From Candidatus Versatilivorator sp. (GTDB lineage: Bacteria > Acidobacteriota > Terriglobia > Versatilivoradales > Versatilivoraceae): DNA of 64,000 nucleotides. Of this stretch, positions 1 to 8,600 are shown piece by piece. The position numbers and the translations under genes are program-made. The stretch spans positions 736,001-800,000 of the forward strand of contig OZ242296.1 in NCBI GenBank assembly GCA_965207735.1, read 5' to 3'. The notes beneath the pieces were generated by a model that saw only the letters and a list, made by a program, of their open reading frames with translations, was not told the origin of the DNA and searched no databases. Numbering within the stretch: position 1 is the first letter of the stretch; the number at the start of each line of letters is the position of its first letter.

Positions 1-1260
1 TCAGCCGTAGCGGCCCTCGTCACCTTTACGGCCAGGGACGGGGCGGGGCAGACGCTGGCCAGCGTCAGTCACAGTCTGCCGCCGGGAGGACATGGTTCGC
101 AAAACATGGTGGATCTTTTTGGTCTCACCAGCTTTAGCGGATCGCTCGAAGTCACTTCCACGGAGCCCATCGTTAGCCTGTCGCTTAATTTCGAAGCCGA
201 TCCCGTCTTCTCTTCCTTGCCTCCGGGTGAAACTCCGGGGCTGGAGAACCGGGAGCTGCACCACAACGTCATAGTGCGCGTTGTGCGAGTGACGCCGGAT
301 TGGCACGGATACGTCATCCGTGGCGGTTGGCCCAGCGCCGTCCCGGTCAAGGAAAGCGACGTCCTCAAGTACTTCGAGGTCGCCATTTGGGAGGAGACAA
401 TGTCGATTCACTTCTATGAATTCGACAACGACTTCGATCCTTACGGGTTTGACCGCACGCCCGAGCAAGTGACCGCTCACCGCGAGAGCTACACCATCCT
501 GCGTGTAGACGGCATGCCCGGTCCCTGGACCGAAGCCAGAAGCCGGTTTATCAAACGGGCGTTCGCAGACTTCGTCTCCATCCTGACGAAGCGGTACCCG
601 GACTCGGATCACCACCTGATGTACAACGGGCACGGCGGACCGGGAGGTCGGCTCTTTGCCGCACAGCTGACGTATGGCGACGCCGATGATCTTCTAGCGA
701 ACTGGACCCGTGCCTTGGGCCGGCCGCTGGGTGTGATCGACATGGGAGGCCCGTGTAACAAAGGGTCTTTTTCGGACTTGGAGAACTTTTGTTCGTACGC
801 GCGGTACTATGTTGCGTCGGATCTGCCCAACGGTGGATACACGATGGACGACTGGACGTACGAGAAATTCCTAGAGACCGATCCAGACTCGCAATACCAT
901 AGGTTATTTGCCGAAAATTCGACGTTGAAGGAGGCACTCCTTGGCCGCATCGCCATCAAGAGGCGGGCCTACGAGTACTCGCGCATCAACATGACGGAGT
1001 CGAGGACGCAGCAGGCCAACTACCTCTATTCATGTCGGGAATTCGCCAACTTCGGCCCAGCGTTCCGGACGTTCCTGCGCAGTCAGGATGGCGACTACCG
1101 CATCTCCGACGACCTGTACGATTACATGGCCGCACTCAGAGCAGGTAACGATCTTCCCGTACGCTTCGACGATGTCTTCGTGCACCGTGCGGACAACCGG
1201 GATTTCTTTGAGTGGGAGCCTGGCGCCAACGGCATGCTCATGCCGGATCCGACCCGCTAA
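1..1260 (+). CDS. Clostripain-like (peptidase C11, clan CD) protein; starts before the window
   Basis: Frame is open from base 1 (SAVAALVTFTARDGAG...). YPDSDHHLMYNGHGG ... IDMGGPCNKG ... YYVASD matches the His-Gly/Cys dyad layout of C11. Confidence 0.65.
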   Translation, partial: SAVAALVTFTARDGAGQTLASVSHSLPPGGHGSQNMVDLFGLTSFSGSLEVTSTEPIVSLSLNFEADPVFSSLPPGETPGLENRELHHNVIVRVVRVTPDWHGYVIRGGWPSAVPVKESDVLKYFEVAIWEETMSIHFYEFDNDFDPYGFDRTPEQVTAHRESYTILRVDGMPGPWTEARSRFIKRAFADFVSILTKRYPDSDHHLMYNGHGGPGGRLFAAQLTYGDADDLLANWTRALGRPLGVIDMGGPCNKGSFSDLENFCSYARYYVASDLPNGGYTMDDWTYEKFLETDPDSQYHRLFAENSTLKEALLGRIAIKRRAYEYSRINMTESRTQQANYLYSCREFANFGPAFRTFLRSQDGDYRISDDLYDYMAALRAGNDLPVRFDDVFVHRADNRDFFEWEPGANGMLMPDPTR

Positions 1261-1485
1261 GCCCACGCTACCCAGCAGGCCGAACTCCTCCGACGGCCGT
1301 GATGGACAGTACGGCGCAGGAGACGTTGACGGGTTTCGGGAGAGACGCGGATTAGAAGTGGAACACGGTGCGACATAAGATGCACAATAACACATCAAGC
1401 AACAATCAGGTTACAACGCTACACGAGGCCACACTCATCCACCATGAGCGCCAAAGGGCGCCCGCTGGCCTTCCCGCAGGGATCA

Positions 1486-1678
1486 ATGTGGAGGGAGCGA
1501 CCCCCACAGGGGAGGGAAGGTGGTGGATTTTGGCGTGCACCACCTAACCCTGCCCGGTGCCGCACCAGCGGTCAAAAAGAGGGGGTCGCTCCCTCCACTT
1601 CCTCCCCCTCCTGTGCGGCGCCACGACGCGCCGTGCGAGGCGGGGACGCGCGGCGCCGGCGCCGCACTACGCTTTGCC
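1486..1678. repeat. Structured non-coding element, copy 1
   Basis: Perfect 18-bp inverted repeat 1488-1505/1581-1598 enclosing further hairpins; similar to 2164-2347. Confidence 0.75.
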
Positions 1679-2163
1679 ACAGAGGACTCGGGGAATCCGT
1701 GCCAACCCGCTTCCAATGCGGGTTTCCGGGCACAACCTGGACCACAACGGCGAGAACTCCGCCCTCTGAGAGAGGAGCGTTGGGGTCGTCAAAAGCATGA
1801 GCCACTTGGTGCGCCACCTGTGTGAGCCACCCCCCGTCTGAAAGGTGGCCACCCATACGACGCCACGTCCTTGACCCCGGGAGGCGGAAATCGTCGATCA
1901 TTTCGCGGCCGTTCGAGGCCAGGTCTTCCTGCTCCCATTGGTCGATCTTCTCCATGACGACACTGAGGCCGTCATGGCGTTCGACGGTGTCCTGACCCCT
2001 GAATCCGCGAGCTTTGTGGGGGGCTGGCTGGACTTTCTCACTCCCTGGCATAGCAGAACACTCCGGAACGCCTCCTGGACCGATTTCCGTCTCAGGGACC
2101 GCAGGGACCGCCGCCTGTGGGGAAACCGGAATGGCCGGCTCGCTCAGCGGTCCTAGGGTCGCC

Positions 2164-2347
2164 ATGCGGAGAGAGCGACCTCCGAGCGGGGGCAAAGGGT
2201 GTCCGGACCCTTGGCCACCTTTGCCCTCCTCCGTGGCGCGCGAGCGCCGAAAAAGGGCGCTCTCACCGCCAGCACCTGTCTCGTGTGGCGCGCTGACGCG
2301 CCGGGCGAGGCGGGGACAGCGAGGCCGGCGCCGCAACGCGTAGTGCC
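2164..2347. repeat. Structured non-coding element, copy 2
   Basis: Stem 2166-2177/2258-2269; block 2295-2317 is 22/23 identical to 1625-1647. Confidence 0.75.
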
Positions 2348-2440
2348 GGGGAGCCAGCCTACCCAATGTAATACATTGGGGCTGGCGAGGGGCTCCGCCC
2401 CTTCGAACCCCCGGCCGGGGGAACTCCCCCTTGCCCCCCA

Positions 2441-3721
2441 TCATCCCCCCCGCTCCCTTGTCCCTCTGCCGGGAACTTCGAGCCTGGCTCTCACCCTGGC
2501 TTGCCCCGGGCAACCGATCCCCTGGGCCAGGTAACGCGTCCAGTCGTCCATCAGGACACGCCGGCGCTCGAACAGGTCGGAGCGGGCATAGGCCGCCTCG
2601 ACCCGGTTGCGGACCACATGCGCCAGGGCCGCCTCGATCACCTCCCGGGGATGGTCGGTCTCCTCTCCCGCCCAGTCCCGAAAGCTGGATCTGAACCCGT
2701 GCGGCACGGCTGCAATCCCCTGCTCGCGGACCAGCCACCGCAGCTCCTTGTCACTGAGCGGCTTCCCTTGCCCACGGGTGAACACCAGAGGACCGGCTCC
2801 TTTGCCCAGGGTCCCTGCCGCCTCGAGAATCTCCAGGGCACGGCCACAAAGCGGCACCCGATGCTTCCGGTTCGCCTTCATCCGACTGGCCGGGACGGTC
2901 CATACACCAGCGTCCCGATCAATCTCCTCCCACTCGGCCCAGCGCACTTCACTCCACCTGGCCGCCGTCAGCACCAGGAACTCGAAGGCCAGCTTGACCA
3001 CCTCCGGCGCCGTCGCTGCCTGCACCGTCCGGATGGCCGCAGCCACCTCCCGATGAGGCAAGGCCCGCATGTGCTCGGTAACGTCCTGCTGGGGACCCAG
3101 GACCGGGCCGATCCTGTCGCAGGGGTTGTCAAGGCGGTACTCCATGGCTACGGCCCATTCCAGGACCGCCCGCAGGCGCTGGCGCACCCGCCGGGCGCTG
3201 GAGGCCTTCCGGTGCCAGATGGGGGTGAGGATCTCAAGCAGATCGGCGCTGGTGACCTCGGAGACCGGCATCTTGCCGATGCGGGGGAAGGCGAACCGCC
3301 TCAGGCTGGACAGCCACTCGCGGTGGTGACGCCGGCCGCGCCAGCCGTCCCGCTTCTGTTCCAGCACACGCGAAGCGGCTTCGGCGAAGGTGGGGATGCC
3401 CTCGGCGCGCCGCTTCTCGGCAAGCGGGTCTCCGCCCTCACGAGCGAGCTTGCGGTTAGCCAGGGCCTTCTCCCTGGCCTCGGCCAGGGAGACCAGAGCA
3501 ACGCTGCCGAGACCGAGCTCCCGGCGACGGCCACGGACGACCAGGCGTTGAATCCAACTGCGGGTTCCGGTAGGCTGGACGAAGAGGTAGAGGCCGTTGC
3601 CGTCGGCGTGTCTTCCGGGCGGAGCGGAGCGCAGGAAGGCGGCCGAGAGGGCGTTGCTGGGGTGACGGCCGGTGGGTTTGGTTTTAGGTCGGACAAAAGC
3701 GAAGTCCGTTACAGTAACCAT
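2441..3721 (-). CDS. Tyrosine recombinase/integrase, P4/IntA-like, with N-terminal arm-binding domain
   Basis: N-terminal GRHADGNGLYL..W..R...LGLG..VSLAEAR; catalytic LTAAR, RMK, HGFRSSFRDW, LAH and AYARS are all intact. Start chosen from promoter position. Confidence 0.93.
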   Translation of the reverse strand: MVTVTDFAFVRPKTKPTGRHPSNALSAAFLRSAPPGRHADGNGLYLFVQPTGTRSWIQRLVVRGRRRELGLGSVALVSLAEAREKALANRKLAREGGDPLAEKRRAEGIPTFAEAASRVLEQKRDGWRGRRHHREWLSSLRRFAFPRIGKMPVSEVTSADLLEILTPIWHRKASSARRVRQRLRAVLEWAVAMEYRLDNPCDRIGPVLGPQQDVTEHMRALPHREVAAAIRTVQAATAPEVVKLAFEFLVLTAARWSEVRWAEWEEIDRDAGVWTVPASRMKANRKHRVPLCGRALEILEAAGTLGKGAGPLVFTRGQGKPLSDKELRWLVREQGIAAVPHGFRSSFRDWAGEETDHPREVIEAALAHVVRNRVEAAYARSDLFERRRVLMDDWTRYLAQGIGCPGQARVRARLEVPGRGTRERGG

Positions 3722-3756
3722 CCCCCCATTATATGGGGGATGGCAGTGGATTGCAA
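3718..3756 (-). promoter_or_regulatory. Sigma70-type leaderless integrase promoter inside a palindrome
   Basis: Minus strand reads TTGCAA-N17-TATAAT-GGGGGG-ATG; the inverted repeat CCATCCCCC/GGGGGATGG flanks the -10. Confidence 0.75.
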
Positions 3757-3974
3757 GGGATGTTGGTGGCAAGACAAGCCACGGCAGGACTTATATAAGA
3801 CACTCATAACTAAGACCGTTATAGACACTAATGGACGGCGCTAGACATCACTGGATTTTATATGGACGTTGCGGCGGCGACAGCAATCTACTCGACCGCC
3901 GCAACGGTTCCCGGCCGTGGTCGTAGGCGTGAAGCCGGCAAAGCCAGCCCACCCCCCTACAAGGGACGCGAATA

Positions 3975-4046
3975 GGGGACGTTGTTGAATTGCTGGATTA
4001 ACCTTGATCAGCGGCTCCTGAATTGCTTTGATTCAACAACGTCCCC
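3975..4046. repeat. 16-bp perfect inverted repeat within a truncated MITE-like copy
   Basis: GGGGACGTTGTTGAAT (3975-3990) / ATTCAACAACGTCCCC (4031-4046), followed by the MITE end TTTTGCAAAAGGCTC at 4063-4077. Confidence 0.8.
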
Positions 4047-4145
4047 AGCGATGCGCGAAAGATTTTGCAAAAGGCTCTTCCGATTGTTTCACACTCGTAT
4101 GATCCGTCCGGCAGGGAGGAGGACCGGCTAACCACTCGCTTGCGG

Positions 4146-4367
4146 TCAGCTTCCTTCGTGACCGTGCGTACGCAGTTCCCGCCGCCAGCGGGCGTAAGCC
4201 GAGATCTCCTTCCACCTCACGTTGCTGAAGCTCTTGTCTCCGTAATTCGTCTCCAATCGCCATCGAAGGTAGTCTTTGGGCGGAAAAGGCAGGAAGGGAA
4301 AGCGGCGATACCAACGTCGGTCGCGGAAGGTCCAGCAGATTCGGATGAGCTCCAATAAGACGGTCAC
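4146..4367 (-). CDS. Small Trp/Arg-rich hypothetical protein
   Basis: Co-oriented 29 bp after the Zn-finger gene; WYRRFPFLPFPPKDYLRWRLETNYG looks protein-like. Start uncertain. Confidence 0.55.
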   Translation of the reverse strand: MTVLLELIRICWTFRDRRWYRRFPFLPFPPKDYLRWRLETNYGDKSFSNVRWKEISAYARWRRELRTHGHEGS

Positions 4368-4396
4368 GATCTGTCTTTCGAAAAAGAATTTATTGT

Positions 4397-4849
4397 TCAG
4401 GAAAAATCACGCATGGTCCGATCATTGCGGATTTCCTTTTCCAGTCGTTCGGCAAACTGCAGATCATATTCTCTGTGTTCCGGATCCGGACGACAGTCCC
4501 GATACTTGGCGTAGCAATCGTAACAGACGGTCAGCGTGGGAAATCTTCGATAGTGGTGGTCAAATCCCAGCAGACCCGGTACCAGGCTGATTCCATAGGT
4601 CCAGTAAGCCAGCCCCAGTCCCAGCAGCAAGTAGACCAGACCCATCAGCTTCCGTGGTTCCTCCCGTACGTAGAAGTCCTCCCGGCCACAGACTGCACAG
4701 CGGTCAACCCGGTTCTCGGTGAGGTGTGCCCGGGTAAATCGCAGGGGCTGCATCGCGCCGCAGGAGCGGCAGGCCACGGGGACGCCCTTCTCTTGCGGTC
4801 GAGCATGGCATTCTCCATAGCAGCGCCGGCACAGAAAGGTAATTCGCAT
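4397..4849 (-). CDS. Membrane-anchored zinc-ribbon protein (4 CxxC motifs)
   Basis: CRRC, CRSC, CAVC and CYDC, with a hydrophobic hairpin between the last two; GAGGA RBS. Confidence 0.75.
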   Translation of the reverse strand: MRITFLCRRCYGECHARPQEKGVPVACRSCGAMQPLRFTRAHLTENRVDRCAVCGREDFYVREEPRKLMGLVYLLLGLGLAYWTYGISLVPGLLGFDHHYRRFPTLTVCYDCYAKYRDCRPDPEHREYDLQFAERLEKEIRNDRTMRDFS

Positions 4850-4947
4850 GGTCAATCCTCAACGTCTTCCCTGCCCCGACGTTCCACCCCCGGTCGCACG
4901 GGACGCCTGCCACCGGCATCATCGCCGCCATGTTCCGGGTGTCGTTG

Positions 4948-5367
4948 TCAGATATCCAGAAACACCTGCAAACAATATAGCGACGAGCGCCGGCGGATCT
5001 CGAGCTGGTGGTAGGTGACGGCCTTGACGTCCAGCCGGACGGTATGGCGCCGGCGATCGAACGACTCTCCTCGAACCTGCGCCTCCAGCAGATGGGAGGA
5101 TAACCTCCCGATCTTGAAGTCTCTTGGGGCGAATTTCAAACCGTCGTAGAGGTAGAGCACCTCGGTCAACCACCTGACCAGGAGTTGCTGCCGGTCCCCG
5201 GCCTCGATTCTAACCGGCCTGGATTCCTCCGGTCTAATGGAGTCCGGGTCGACAATCACGGAAATGAGCCCGCGGGCCGCCTGTTCAAAGGCCTCCGAAA
5301 GCGTCTTCCCACGGGCCTCGATCCCCAGGTCGGCGGGATGGTCCAGGATCAGGTAACCGGTTTCCAT
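4948..5367 (-). CDS. Archease
   Basis: N-terminal YLILDHPADLGIEARG; C-terminal DVKAVTYHQL ... VFLDI. Confidence 0.92.
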   Translation of the reverse strand: METGYLILDHPADLGIEARGKTLSEAFEQAARGLISVIVDPDSIRPEESRPVRIEAGDRQQLLVRWLTEVLYLYDGLKFAPRDFKIGRLSSHLLEAQVRGESFDRRRHTVRLDVKAVTYHQLEIRRRSSLYCLQVFLDI

Positions 5368-5429
5368 GGGCTTTCCGGATCTCTTGAGTCGAACCACCAT
5401 TGACAAATGAGTCAAGGATTCCGGATGTC

Positions 5430-5543
5430 ATTGTAGATTGTGGATTTCTGATTGCTGATTTTACAATCGTCGATTGGCCAGTCACGACAATTGACCGTGC
5501 GGCAAATCCAGAATCTACAATCCACAATCTGCAATCAACAAAT
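5430..5543. repeat. Inverted arrays of heptamer repeats (GATTGTA/AATCTAC-like)
   Basis: attgtag-attgtgg-atttctg-attgctg ... aatccag-aatctac-aatccac-aatctgc-aatc. Confidence 0.7.
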
Positions 5544-5622
5544 CCTGCCTTGTCGGATTGAGGCGAGGCCTCTCCGTTTTTCCCCCAATCGTCTGCGGTG
5601 CATAGCCTTCCCCGAGGGAGGG

Positions 5623-8600
5623 TCAATGGGGGAGATCCACCCGCAGGGAATTGTTTCGGGTGGTGATTTCTTCCACTTCGGGCTCGGACAATATCTGCAG
5701 GTGCAGCCTGGCACCGCCGCCGGCAGCCCGCAAACCGCTGAGGGGAACCACGGTGGTTTTCGGCTGAAGGTCCAGGGGAGCCGGCAACGAGGAGATCCGT
5801 CGTTCGAAAATCACGTCCCCCCTGGCATTCCGGATCTGCAGCCTGAAGGGGTGGGACGGAGCCGAGCCCAAGTTGTGAAGGGTCACCTTACCCCGGTCGT
5901 TGTCAGCCTCGTATTGAAAGTCTTGCGGGCCCAGTGCCAGGTCGGGAAGCTGCCAGATCGGAGTTCCCTTCTGCTCCTGCTTGATTTTGATGATGGTCGA
6001 CTTTCCCCCACGGAGTGTCAAGGGAACGGAACTGTGGCGCTTCAACCCCAGAATCCGGCGGTTGAGGCCAAGGTCGACCTGGCCGTCGTCATTGAGATCC
6101 AGCCCGGCAGTGATTTCGTAGATGCCGTTTTCCAACTGCCACACCCGCATCCGGACGTCGCGCAAGGTCTCGCCCAGGTTGAAGACGGTGACTTCCAGCT
6201 CATCGGGCTTGGCGCGGGAGACCAGAGCGGCCAGCTGCCCGCGGGTATTCTCCCAGCTCAACGCGTGTCCCGCGTAAATCTGTTGGTTGGCGTGGGCAAT
6301 TCCTCCCAGGCGAGCCCGCTGGGTTGCCCGGTGTGGAATGAAGATCCCTCCCGGGTTCAATTCCACCTCGGTGAAGAGAGTCCGGTTCTGTTCCATGTGC
6401 TTGAGCAGCGCCGCCTGATAGTCGAGCAGGTAGTCTTTTCGACCGGTTGCCTCATACGCATATTGACGCGCCAGCAGCGCCGCCTCTCTGAAGTGCAGGT
6501 GGTGGTTCCAGAGGCTTAATTGGGGAAGCAGCCGCAGAAAGGCGCCGGCCTTGGCGTCTTCCGCCAGAAACGGTTGCCACCGCGCCGCGGCCGTTTGGGC
6601 GGTGTCCGTGTGGCCGGCCTGTACCAGTTTGCTCAAGGGCCAGAGGAATTCGGGGTCGCCGGTCATCCGAAAGACCCCCCACATCAGGTCCAGCAGGGGT
6701 GGGCCGGGCATTCCTCGGCTCATGACCTCGTCGGTGGGAAAGTGGATGGACAGGGAGAGTCGCGGATAGCGGTCTTTCTTCCAGTGGTCCAGCCGCGCCT
6801 GGGCATACTCTTGCAACATCTCCACCAGGATTGGGGTCCGATTGTACTCGGCCAGCGCCAGGGCCGCATGCCAAAACAGAAGACTTGGAGCCTCTTCCCG
6901 GGCGTAGATGCCCTGCCCGACCGATTCGGTAGCGCTCACCCGGGAGGATCGAAAGTGGCGGTGACCTGCCGGGTTGACGCCGGTCAGACGATCCAGGTGA
7001 CGGGAGGTCTCCATCAGCATTTCGATCCAGCGGGGATTGCCGTAATCGAGCAGAGCCAGTATCGGAGCCAGATTCAACCCGGCCTGGTAGGCTTGGAGCG
7101 TGGGCTGGAGTTGACGGTTCAAGCCTTTTTCCAGGGTCCCGTCTCGCAAACGAGTTTCGACCAGGGACACCAGGGACTCCTTGAGACGGAGCGCCGGCCC
7201 GTCCATCAGCGCGATTCCCGGCCAATGGGCCGCCAGCCGGGTGTCGCCGTCCGGTCCGCCGCCGAATGTCCCGTCCTGGAGTTGCCGATTGTCGATCCAC
7301 CAGTCAGCAATGCGCCGATAGTGGTCCAGCAGCCGTTTCTGTTGAATGGCCCACTCGGGGTGTGCGAGAGGCGAGGGAGACTGCTCGCGGTACTCCGGCG
7401 GGATTGAATCGGGTTGAAGCAGTCCCTTGAAGGACAACCCCAACGGATCCTTGGGACTGGATTGCAGCACTCCCTCCGCCAGACGGAAGGTCTCGTCAAC
7501 GCCGCTGAAATTTCGGCGAGCCGAGGCAAAGTCCATGGACATCCAGTCCAACCTTCGGGTCAGCCTGCGCAGTCCCTGGCCGATCAGCAGATATCGGTCG
7601 GCAAGCAGGTCGGTCGGCTGGGCTTGCTCCGCGGGCAGCCGCCACTCTGTGGCAGTGCGCACCCGGATCTCCGCATTCTCGAAGTGCTGCCTGGAGAAGT
7701 CGAATTGGTCACTGGCCACGGTCATCCAAAGGGATTGACCCGCGGGGACGAAGCAATCCCCGAGATCAAGCTCGATGTCAGCCGGCTGTTCCGCCGACCA
7801 GCGAAAATCCACGGAAACAAGATTCCGCTGGGGAAGGATGGGATCCTTTACCGTCCATCTCACCTTGGACTCCTGGGGGATGTCTTGCGTGGAGCCTCCC
7901 ATACGGATGCGGATGGCCTTCACGGAGGTGTGGCCGAGGAAAGGGGGCAGAAAGATGTGTCGAAAGCCCTGGGTGGGAGGGAATTCCAGCCGGTTAGATG
8001 GGGGTTGAAAACTTTCTTCCGGCACAGCCACCCAGCCCTCCCGATCCCTGGGCAGATACCCCCTATGCAGCTCCGTTCGTCGACCGAAGAGAGACCTGAC
8101 CTGTCGGGCGGACTGACCCGGGAGGTCGGCTGCCTGCTCCGAGGGCAGCAGTCGAAAGGCCAACCATCCATCCTCGGTGCTTTCTACTCCTTTCACAGGA
8201 GCGTCCCGGATCGACAAAAGAGACAATTCTCGAACCTGCCCGGACTCTCTCTCCACTTCAATCCAGGGTGTGGAGAGGAATGCATTCAGAGGCTTGGCGG
8301 ATTCACTTCCCTGTTCCGAGGAAAGATCCCAAAGCAGCCGCCGCTGACTGTCCTTGCTTCCATAGATCTTTCCCCTCAGATTGCCGCGCAATCTGATGTG
8401 ACTGAGAGTCTCTTGCGGGACCTCGAGCCGCAAGGTCCTGCCCTCTTGCGGATATCCCGGCATTGCCGGCGGCCAGGAACTTTCGGAGAAACCATCCACG
8501 GCTGCCGGCGAGACCCGCTTGAGGTCTCGGGCTGACAGGATTCTCAACGGACGAATCGAGATGGGGGAGGTTAGCGGCAGGGTGCCCTCCGGATTATTCC

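Noticed and set aside
1260-3721. Classical integron (IntI with attC sites)
   Set aside because: The integrase has a P4-type arm domain and I see no IntI-specific insertion; the repeats lack the RYYYAAC...GTTRRRY ends of attC.
2501-3844. 447-aa ORF opposite the integrase, and similar shadow or alternate-frame ORFs (e.g. 18718-20103, 20519-22420, 57843-59180)
   Set aside because: Expected from high-GC codon bias; each overlaps a clearly identified gene.
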